Positions 8,810-15,865 of a DNA stretch of 64,000 nt are shown one piece after another. The stretch's first letter is position 1, and each line of letters opens with the position of its first letter. The DNA comes from a virus. The translations under genes were made by a program, and so were the position numbers. The stretch lies in the IMG/VR virus record IMGVR_UViG_3300042887_000976, positions 13,673-77,672 of that record. One strand, 5' to 3'. The notes beneath the pieces are model-generated. The model was not told the DNA's origin, searched no databases, and worked only from the letters and a program-made list of their open reading frames with translations.

Positions 8810-9204
8810 TAGTAAAAAATACCTTCAGCAGGGTCTTTTGACTCTTTGTATTTTACCGTGGGTGGGTACTCGTAGGGAGAACTGTAGCCCATTGAGTTTT
8901 TACCTGAACGAGCGTCTACTGCTTCAGAAATAGCCGTAGGAATGTGGTCAATACGGTTACCAACATTGTCATCGTCTGGAACGGGTTTGTCAGGGTGGTA
9001 AGGGGTTGAGTAATCAACACCATAATGTGCATCGTCTAGGTAATCGTTTCCTTTGCGGTGCTCATCAATAACTTCCTGTGCGGTGTCTGAATCAATTTTA
9101 TAGTAACGTTGAAGCGCTTGGATAACACGGGGGGTAGGGCGGTGCCCACCATGTGATGTATCAGGGTTTCCTACTGGATTTCCTCTATGGTCAGTTGGCG
9201 GCAT
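8809..9204 (-). CDS. small protein with second-type tag (TDHRGNxVG)
   Basis: MPPTDHRGNPVGNPDTSHGGHRPTPR; TAATG-coupled. Confidence 0.7.
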   Translation of the reverse strand: MPPTDHRGNPVGNPDTSHGGHRPTPRVIQALQRYYKIDSDTAQEVIDEHRKGNDYLDDAHYGVDYSTPYHPDKPVPDDDNVGNRIDHIPTAISEAVDARSGKNSMGYSSPYEYPPTVKYKESKDPAEGIFY

Positions 9205-9464
9205 TAGTAGTGTCCTTTCTTCAGACGCTCTTCTCTAAGGTTATACTCTTCTTCAACATCTTCAGGGTCCCAGGGGTCAAGTACTTCATCTAAGTTAGGG
9301 CGAGGGATACCATGTGGAGGTGCGTCATCTTCATGGCGGATGTTAGACGTATCAGGGCGAGGGATACCATGTGGAGGTGCATCATCATTATCTTGGGTAT
9401 TCGTGATACGTGGGTCAACTGGGCGGCGACCTGGATGGTCTCGTGAATCTTTACCTCTTGGCAT
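9204..9464 (-). CDS. small protein with shared N-terminal tag (MPRGKDSRDHPGR) and internal duplication
   Basis: Motif present; DDAPPHGIPRP occurs twice; apparently leaderless first gene of the array. Confidence 0.75.
   Translation of the reverse strand: MPRGKDSRDHPGRRPVDPRITNTQDNDDAPPHGIPRPDTSNIRHEDDAPPHGIPRPNLDEVLDPWDPEDVEEEYNLREERLKKGHY
9297..9380. repeat. 27-bp exact direct repeat, two copies, period 57 nt
   Basis: agggcgagggataccatgtggaggtgc at 9297-9323 and 9354-9380. Confidence 0.9.
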
Positions 9465-9478
9465 AACTCTATTTTACC
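9465..9478 (-). promoter_or_regulatory. -10 element for a leaderless transcript of the tagged small-gene array
   Basis: GG-TAAAAT-AGAGTT-ATG: -10 box 6 nt before the start codon, no SD. Confidence 0.6.
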
Positions 9479-9970
9479 TTATTTCCACGGCGGTGCTAAT
9501 GATTTAAGAAGAGCACGCCGTTCAGCACTAATCTCTTGAACCTGTTCTTCTCCTTGGCGAGAAGGGATGCCACGAGGACCTACTTTTCCATCATTGGTAA
9601 GACGAACAGGTTCTGCTCCAGGGGGAGCAAATTTAAGACCTTGAGATTCTAATTGAATTCCTGTCCAAAGGTTAAACTCTTCGGGCCAAACGTAGTCACC
9701 AGGGTTGATGCGCTCACCTTTATGGACACCACGGCTGTACTGCCGAGCATTCATACGACTTAATGTTCCAAGAATCTTGTCTTGGCGGCGGTTAGAAGAC
9801 ATGGTGCCAAGGTATCCGTCTGGATACTGTTCTTCTACACCTGTGCGGTACCCCGATAGCAACTGGTCTTTAGAGTTGCGCCAAACTGGAGAAGGCCCCA
9901 TGCTGGCAGCAGTTCCCATACCAGGAGGTTCATTAGCGCTACCCCACTGAGTAAATGTATTAGCAGCCAT
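9479..9970 (-). CDS. hypothetical protein (possible virion protein)
   Basis: 163 aa; YPDGYLGT...YSRGVHKGERI; TAATG-coupled. Confidence 0.65.
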   Translation of the reverse strand: MAANTFTQWGSANEPPGMGTAASMGPSPVWRNSKDQLLSGYRTGVEEQYPDGYLGTMSSNRRQDKILGTLSRMNARQYSRGVHKGERINPGDYVWPEEFNLWTGIQLESQGLKFAPPGAEPVRLTNDGKVGPRGIPSRQGEEQVQEISAERRALLKSLAPPWK

Positions 9971-10110
9971 TACTGTAACCCACCTGCGCTAGGACCACCT
10001 ACAAGACCCCCTTGACCACCACCTACTGTGGAAACGGGACGAGGGGGGCGTGACATAAACTTTTGGTATTTGCCACTAGCGGGTTGACGGTTACGCTTAC
10101 GAGAAGGCAT
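9970..10110 (-). CDS. small basic hypothetical protein
   Basis: Start moved to ATG 10110 (MPSRKRNR...), overlapping the upstream TAA. Confidence 0.5.
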   Translation of the reverse strand: MPSRKRNRQPASGKYQKFMSRPPRPVSTVGGGQGGLVGGPSAGGLQ

Positions 10111-10280
10111 TAATATGAAGTCTTCGGTGGTTCGTGGGACGGGTCTTTCTCCATCTTCCGATATTGTTCGTCTTCCCAAGCGGTCTGTTGTTCTTCTGGA
10201 TTCAACTTTGCGTATACTTTCCCGTACTCGCCATCCATGCCACCACGTTGCGTAATACGTTTTCCGTTATGTGTTGTCAT
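10110..10280 (-). CDS. small hypothetical protein (56 aa, not in ORF track)
   Basis: MTTHNGKRITQRGGMDGEYG...; AAGGA RBS; fills the gap exactly with TAATG coupling. Confidence 0.55.
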   Translation of the reverse strand: MTTHNGKRITQRGGMDGEYGKVYAKLNPEEQQTAWEDEQYRKMEKDPSHEPPKTSY

Positions 10281-10289
10281 AATCAGTCC

Positions 10290-10580
10290 TTACTTAATAA
10301 TTGGTTTAAAAGAAATTGCAGAAATTGTTTCTCCGTCATTGCCTGGGATGTCATCAAACCCAATAACAAAAGATAAATCAATTCCACGTGGGGCAACAAA
10401 GCCACGGGCGATAGCGCAGGCTTTGGCTGCTTGGTTTACTGCTGATGCGCCAATAGCACGCATTTTAGGCATTTGCCCAGCATTAATAGCACGAGCCATG
10501 ATGGAACCTACGGATTGCGGGTTACTAGAACCCGATACCTTCAGAATATCGTCAATGGTGGTGTTCAGTTCTTGTGACAT
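10290..10580 (-). CDS. spoVS: SpoVS-family (Alba-like) protein
   Basis: LKVSGSSNPQSVG...RAIGASAVNQAAKACAIARGFVAPRGIDL...AISF matches the SpoVS consensus. Confidence 0.9.
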   Translation of the reverse strand: MSQELNTTIDDILKVSGSSNPQSVGSIMARAINAGQMPKMRAIGASAVNQAAKACAIARGFVAPRGIDLSFVIGFDDIPGNDGETISAISFKPIIK

Positions 10581-10614
10581 AAAAGACTCCTAGTAGAATA
10601 GTTATACCTTTATT

Positions 10615-10980
10615 TTACTGATAACCAGCCTCATCTAAGAGCCCTGTGAGGTCTTCTAGACGCATCACAACGTATGAATCACCCAATGCTTTTTCCCCCT
10701 TACCAGGGCGTTTAACAACCAACACAGGAACTGCACCACCAAGGCGTTCAGCCTGTTCTACAGTGTCATTAAGCCATTGGCTCAGTTGGAATGCTTTTTG
10801 GTTTTTGCATTGAACCGCCACTTTTCTAAGAGGGCTCTTGCGAGCAATCCCATTGATATCCCCAGTGTCATTGCCACCAGATAATGCAGGACGGTGAGCA
10901 TTGATAAACCCCTTGTTGATTAAGTAGTCCCTTACAGAAACTTCAAACGATGTGCCTTTGGCTTTAGCCTTATTTGACAC
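10615..10980 (-). CDS. Holliday junction resolvase-like PD-(D/E)XK nuclease
   Basis: KAKGTSFE..DTGDI..VQCKN..VVKRPG..YVVM; start moved to GTG 10980. Confidence 0.75.
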   Translation of the reverse strand: MSNKAKAKGTSFEVSVRDYLINKGFINAHRPALSGGNDTGDINGIARKSPLRKVAVQCKNQKAFQLSQWLNDTVEQAERLGGAVPVLVVKRPGKGEKALGDSYVVMRLEDLTGLLDEAGYQ

Positions 10981-11045
10981 GGTAATTTTCCCGTTGCCAA
11001 AGAATAATGACAAGCATTGCGCCAATAAAAAAACCTGCAATAAAA

Positions 11046-11327
11046 CTACTCATTATGGACTACTTCTTTTGTCAGGTTTTTATGAATGTCTAGTATGTGG
11101 GACCACTCTGAGTACCAACGCTTTGCGTTGGCTTCCTCCCTTTTGGCTTCAGTACGCCAAATACCTACTTCTCTACGAGTCACATCTAGTTCAGACCTAA
11201 TCAGTTCTATTTCTGAGATTAAAGACTCAATGTGCTTTTTGTGCTCATCTCGCTCTGAGAGGGCTTGCACTAACTTTTCATTTAAAGATGATGCGGCGCA
11301 TTCATCTACACATACTAAATTAACCAT
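11046..11327 (-). CDS. coiled-coil hypothetical protein
   Basis: 93 aa heptad-rich ORF. Confidence 0.55.
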   Translation of the reverse strand: MVNLVCVDECAASSLNEKLVQALSERDEHKKHIESLISEIELIRSELDVTRREVGIWRTEAKREEANAKRWYSEWSHILDIHKNLTKEVVHNE

Positions 11328-11411
11328 TGTTTTTATTTGTCCTTAAACATTTGTCCAGTAAATGCACCACAGCAAAAGACTGCGGTTACCATAATTATGA
11401 GTGTAAAAAAA

Positions 11412-11576
11412 TCAGCCATAGGATAGCCTTTCTAGTCGTGCAATTTCTGCTTCAAGTTCTCGTACTCTACTGCGTAGATTTACAATTTCCTCAGCAGCAC
11501 GATGAACTATTTCGTTAGCAAAAAGGTCGCTGTAACCAAAACGGTCAAGAAGTTCGTCTACAAGGTCGTAAGTCAT
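11412..11576 (-). CDS. small coiled-coil hypothetical protein (54 aa, not in ORF track)
   Basis: MTYDLVDELL...RAAEEIVNLRSRVRELEAEIARLE; ATGA coupling. Confidence 0.5.
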   Translation of the reverse strand: MTYDLVDELLDRFGYSDLFANEIVHRAAEEIVNLRSRVRELEAEIARLERLSYG

Positions 11577-11764
11577 ACACGCTCCGTAACTTGCACAGAA
11601 ACAATGTGCTTTTTAAATTCACCACACCAGCCATTTATAGGAGATGTTGGAAATCCAGAATTGGTAGTAGTGGAACCAACAGGTGGATACCTACGACACT
11701 CCACCCAATCAGAACCATTAATTGGCATTGCAAATTCGCAAATAATACATGACTTATTGCCCAT
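11573..11764 (-). CDS. small Cys-rich metal-binding protein
   Basis: CxxC...ECRRYPP...FP.....WCGEF pattern common in phages. Confidence 0.65.
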   Translation of the reverse strand: MGNKSCIICEFAMPINGSDWVECRRYPPVGSTTTNSGFPTSPINGWCGEFKKHIVSVQVTERV

Positions 11765-11897
11765 AAAATGACCTTACTTTTTCTTTTAGTTTTTCGTTTT
11801 CTTCTTCTAATTTTTTACAACGTTCAACCCAAAACTTAATAACCCTGCGTTGTTCTGTCAGTTGGTCACTAATCGGTAAATCAGGCATGTGGGTCAT
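11754..11897 (-). CDS. small hypothetical protein (47 aa, not in ORF track)
   Basis: MTHMPDLPISDQLTEQRR...; fills the gap with overlaps on both sides. Confidence 0.45.
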   Translation of the reverse strand: MTHMPDLPISDQLTEQRRVIKFWVERCKKLEEENEKLKEKVRSFYGQ

Positions 11898-12157
11898 TTA
11901 AACTCACCTAAATAAAGTTTAGAGATGTTTGTAAGGTGGTCAATACCACGATTGGTGATTACCCAACCTTTTTTAGTTTCTGTAAGGAGGCCATGTCGGG
12001 TTAAAGTATTAAAAGATTCTTTAACTCTGCTGGGTTTACTAAACTTGTGGGGGAACAATGCCAGAGTCTGTTCAACACTAATTGGGCGTGTACGGTTCAT
12101 ACGAGCGTAGCGAAGTGCAACATGGGTGCCCCCACCATAAGTAAATTTGTCTCTCAT
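11894..12157 (-). CDS. winged-helix-like hypothetical protein
   Basis: FNTLTRHGLL...WVITNRGIDHL wing pattern. Confidence 0.55.
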   Translation of the reverse strand: MRDKFTYGGGTHVALRYARMNRTRPISVEQTLALFPHKFSKPSRVKESFNTLTRHGLLTETKKGWVITNRGIDHLTNISKLYLGEFK

Positions 12158-12645
12158 GCTGAGTACCGTGCCTGCCTGCGCTCTTGAGGAGCAAGGCTAA
12201 TGCGCCTGCTTAACTCACGACTAATTACCTGAGCACCACGTTCACAACGTTCAAAAACAGACTCAACTAGTTTACGGTAAGCACGCTTTTCTGAGTACAA
12301 TTGCTGGGCTTCAATAACCTCAGGTTTTGTGTCTCTACGTGCTTTAGCGAGTGTGACAGTGTCACCTTTTTCTTTGTCACTCCATTGACCGATAAGAGTT
12401 TCTGCTTCAATGACCTTTAAATCATTTGCAGCACGCTCTTCATCAATCTCAGCCAAAACCATATCGGCTTTAGCAAATGAAACCCAGGCCATAAAAAGAG
12501 TATAAAACTCCATAAGTTGGTTGTCTGGAAGTTCATCTAGGTACAATGGAATATCAGGAACGCTACCTTCAGGGCGGTCAGGTAACGAAAACTTCTTAAG
12601 GAAGTCTCCCATGATGGAATGCTTAGGAGTCAGCGGATTGTTCAA
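12154..12645 (-). CDS. helical hypothetical protein, possible recombination mediator
   Basis: Long coiled coil downstream of RecA and Cas4-like genes; start moved to TTG 12645 after GGAAGG. Confidence 0.55.
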   Translation of the reverse strand: MNNPLTPKHSIMGDFLKKFSLPDRPEGSVPDIPLYLDELPDNQLMEFYTLFMAWVSFAKADMVLAEIDEERAANDLKVIEAETLIGQWSDKEKGDTVTLAKARRDTKPEVIEAQQLYSEKRAYRKLVESVFERCERGAQVISRELSRRISLAPQERRQARYSA

Positions 12646-13417
12646 TGTAGTCTTCCTTCCAACAAACTTTTGAATAAGGGCAATATTTGCAAATGCGACT
12701 TGATGAATCTTCTGCAAGAGTCGGTCGCATTGGTGGTATCCCAGAATCTAGCGCCCTAATAACACTTTGACAACCTGCCAAGATGTCTTCAATCAACTCT
12801 GCTTGATACTTAACTGAAAACTCTTTTACGTCCTGATTGGCTTTCCATTCATAAAGGAACACACCTTCATGGATACCAAGACAGTACATATACAAGTTAA
12901 GTTGACGCAGGTGTGTTGGAAAGGGTTGGCGCACCCTCTTCCACATGTCATTCTCAGATGTAGCAGATTTGAATGACTCGTAGTCTTCCATGCGGATAGT
13001 GCCAGCGCCTACGCTCTTAATCTCAAGGATGGCACGACCTTTCTTGTCATTGATGATGCCATCAGCGTGCCCCATAAGGCGATATTCCTCATTAAGGATG
13101 GGTACTTCAACTTGTTCAAGTACACCTGCGTCTGTGAGCCACTTCTGCCACTTAGCGTGGATGGCATGGCCTTCAGCAAAGATGTTGAGTTTCTGAAATG
13201 TAAAGGTCTCACCTTGCTTTTCGTAACCCTTGATGGTGTACCAAGAAGAACGAGGGCACCAATCCTTTTTACAAATCTCCGAAGGGTGAAGATGCAAAGT
13301 ATCACGAGTGCTATTGAGTTGTTCTTTAATAAGTTCTTTTTCAACTACGGGAACAAGACGACCTTTAGAAGTAATCAAATTCTTATAGTTTTTGAGATGC
13401 CATGGTGTGTCTGTCAT
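12623..13417 (-). CDS. Cas4-like PD-(D/E)XK exonuclease
   Basis: CPR, GHAIH, GHADG, LEIKS, QLNLYM, CKYCPYSKVC (Fe-S cysteines). Confidence 0.85.
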   Translation of the reverse strand: MTDTPWHLKNYKNLITSKGRLVPVVEKELIKEQLNSTRDTLHLHPSEICKKDWCPRSSWYTIKGYEKQGETFTFQKLNIFAEGHAIHAKWQKWLTDAGVLEQVEVPILNEEYRLMGHADGIINDKKGRAILEIKSVGAGTIRMEDYESFKSATSENDMWKRVRQPFPTHLRQLNLYMYCLGIHEGVFLYEWKANQDVKEFSVKYQAELIEDILAGCQSVIRALDSGIPPMRPTLAEDSSSRICKYCPYSKVCWKEDYIEQSADS

Positions 13418-13794
13418 TTTAGTTCCTTGTATAAACGTTCCGCTAAGTCTAAAGAGTGTGTATTGCCTGTTGTTACGTAATCATGGTAGAGGTCAAGACA
13501 TCGTTTTTTGTCATCAATTTTTTTATGTTTAAAAACAATGTCCATAGGTTTGTAGTTGTGTGCAAACTTATGATGGAAGTAAACAATTAGGCCTTTACGT
13601 TTTTGCCCAACAACATTAAAAATTTGTTGTTCCTCATGAAGGTTACTCAAAGGACCTGTTATACGACCTGTTGACTTAATGTTTTCTCCATGACTACGCA
13701 GAAACTCAACAAGTTCATCAGCAGTCATACCGTCAGGACAACCAGACAAGATATTTAAAAGATGGTCAACCCTTTTAGTCACTCTGTTCTTCAA
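13414..13794 (-). CDS. hypothetical HTH-like protein
   Basis: GMTADELVE...ITGPLSNL. Confidence 0.5.
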   Translation of the reverse strand: MKNRVTKRVDHLLNILSGCPDGMTADELVEFLRSHGENIKSTGRITGPLSNLHEEQQIFNVVGQKRKGLIVYFHHKFAHNYKPMDIVFKHKKIDDKKRCLDLYHDYVTTGNTHSLDLAERLYKELK

Positions 13795-14110
13795 TCATCG
13801 CTAAAAAATCGTCCTCAACAAGAACCACATAACCACGGTTATTGAGGTCAAATTGAAGAATAGGTATGCGGTCTTCAATAATCGCACGTTGTCTTAACTC
13901 CCTTAAATCTAGTTCTTTGATTGTAATGCTTTTGGTGCCCGTTGTAAACTTGTTCTCAATAAGAAGTGTTTCAGAACGAACATCATTTTTGCGAAGCCAA
14001 CCTGAGCCACTACCAGCGTTACGACTTCCTTTGTAGGCTCCCGCTGAACGCTTCTCTTGTTTTACAGACTTTTTAAGGATGGCTTTGCGGTCTTCTTTAT
14101 CAAGAGCCAC
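13775..14110 (-). CDS. Holliday junction resolvase-like PD-(D/E)XK nuclease
   Basis: QEKR..GSGSG..KNDV..LIENKFT; GTG start overlapping the RecA stop. Confidence 0.7.
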   Translation of the reverse strand: MALDKEDRKAILKKSVKQEKRSAGAYKGSRNAGSGSGWLRKNDVRSETLLIENKFTTGTKSITIKELDLRELRQRAIIEDRIPILQFDLNNRGYVVLVEDDFLAMIEEQSD

Positions 14111-15135
14111 TAAGCGTCCAATCCAAACTTTTCCCAAACCTCTGCTTTGATAGCAGCCTGTAGGTCAAGGTCTTCACGAATACCTGCAATGAGTGCTTCT
14201 TTACCTTGCCACTTTTGGTCATGGTACGAATAGAAAGCGCCAGCACGAGTAATGATGTCTTCAGATGCTGCAATGTTTACAATGTCTTTAATAACATCAA
14301 AGTCACCAAAGTTAAAACCTTTGCTCTGTGTAAAATAAAAATCAATAACGGCTACTTGTTGTGGCTTGTAGGTTTTGTTCTTCATAGTACGAGCCTTAAT
14401 GGTTTGACCAACAGTCTCGTCTTTCTCTTTGAGCCATTCATCACGCTTAACTTCTACACGGCAGAAGTAATGAAAGTTCTTTGCTTTTCCACCTGGTGTA
14501 GTGCGATTATCGCCCCACATGACACCAATCTTTTCACGCCACTGATTAATGATAATCCCTGTACAACCTCGGTCCTCATGGACAAGAGAACGCTTCTGTG
14601 ATTTGGATGACTTACGAAAAAACTTACCAGTAAGGCGTGCTCCGAGCCCCATGGTGAATTCCTCCATTGTCTTCTCAGCCTCATCTGTTGGAACAAGTGC
14701 AGGAAGCGAGTCAATAACAATCAAGTCAATTGCACGGTTGTCCATAACTTTCAATACGAAGTCATACACATTTTCCATGATGTTGGATTCAACTACCCAC
14801 AAGCGGTCAAGGTCTACACCAATAGCCTTTGCGTATTCAGGTACATACTCTTCAGCAGCAATCCATAGGGCACAAAAATCAGGGTCTGCCGCTTGGTTAG
14901 CCGCAATGGTTTTGTATGCCAATGCAGTCTTACCTGATGATTCTTCACCAATAATTTCACTCCATTGATTGACAGGCCAACCTCCGCCAAGCATGAGGTC
15001 GTATGCCAGCACGCCTGTGGTAATACGAGGAAGTTCTTCTTGAATGCGGGAACCTTGTACAACCACCTCTTCTCCATACTTTTTATTCATAGATGAAATT
15101 AGTGCTTGTAATGTTTCGTGTGTTGCTGTTGACAT
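14110..15135 (-). CDS. recA: RecA recombinase
   Basis: TTG..DLMLGGG, GEESSGKT Walker A, IVIDS, INQWREKIGVMWG..TTPGG. Confidence 0.95.
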   Translation of the reverse strand: MSTATHETLQALISSMNKKYGEEVVVQGSRIQEELPRITTGVLAYDLMLGGGWPVNQWSEIIGEESSGKTALAYKTIAANQAADPDFCALWIAAEEYVPEYAKAIGVDLDRLWVVESNIMENVYDFVLKVMDNRAIDLIVIDSLPALVPTDEAEKTMEEFTMGLGARLTGKFFRKSSKSQKRSLVHEDRGCTGIIINQWREKIGVMWGDNRTTPGGKAKNFHYFCRVEVKRDEWLKEKDETVGQTIKARTMKNKTYKPQQVAVIDFYFTQSKGFNFGDFDVIKDIVNIAASEDIITRAGAFYSYHDQKWQGKEALIAGIREDLDLQAAIKAEVWEKFGLDA

Positions 15136-15144
15136 ATTGACTCC

Positions 15145-15519
15145 TTATGACCAGTTTGCTTCGTCACCTTGGTGGTAGATGCCATTCCAACCACATGTAT
15201 AACAACGTGGAGCAGGTGCATTACCACCTACGGTGGTTCCCCCAGTTGACTTAGTACGACTAAAAACATAACCGCCACCGCAAGCAGGGCATGTCATCGT
15301 ATCACGGCGAGTAGCCTCTCCGCCATTCGTAATGCCCATTCTTAGTGCTTCACTAAAAGATTCTGGTTGAGCAGTTGGTTGCTGTGAAGGACTTTGTGTA
15401 ATGGGTGTTTGTGTTACAGGCTGTATGTGTGTAGGAACAGATGTAACAGGATGCGTAAATTGTTGTCGTGGTGCAGTTGGTTTTTCACCTGCAAGTTTTT
15501 TTGACCACCAGTCAGTCAT
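15145..15519 (-). CDS. Zn-ribbon hypothetical protein
   Basis: CPACGG...CYTCGW; start moved to MTDWWSKKL. Confidence 0.6.
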   Translation of the reverse strand: MTDWWSKKLAGEKPTAPRQQFTHPVTSVPTHIQPVTQTPITQSPSQQPTAQPESFSEALRMGITNGGEATRRDTMTCPACGGGYVFSRTKSTGGTTVGGNAPAPRCYTCGWNGIYHQGDEANWS

Positions 15520-15865
15520 AATCTTCTTCTCCATAAGGTACTACGAACGCCAGTTTTTCAGCATCCATAATTTTGTTGAGCATCGCTACTCCATAAATAG
15601 TGAGAAGGCTTTGAAAGTCTTCGCTATTTGTTTCTGGAGAAACTTTTTCAGTTTTCTTTAAAAATTGAGTAAACCACTTAGATGATTGTTCAATTTCTTT
15701 AAGAAGACCATAATGCATGAAAACTGCCCACCTTGTCAAGACATCTTTATGCTCTTCTTCTTCTACATCTGCTGAGGGGTATGCAAACCCCATATCGGCT
15801 GCAAATGTTTGACCTTCTACAGTTGACATTCTTAGATAAAAGTTGCGTTTATCTAGACTTGTCAC
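15512..15865 (-). CDS. hypothetical protein
   Basis: 117 aa coupled ORF. Confidence 0.6.
   Translation of the reverse strand: MTSLDKRNFYLRMSTVEGQTFAADMGFAYPSADVEEEEHKDVLTRWAVFMHYGLLKEIEQSSKWFTQFLKKTEKVSPETNSEDFQSLLTIYGVAMLNKIMDAEKLAFVVPYGEEDYD

Noticed and set aside
12623-13417. Cas4-like gene as a sign of a CRISPR system
   Set aside because: No repeat-spacer array or other cas genes; solo Cas4-like nucleases are common in phage recombination modules.
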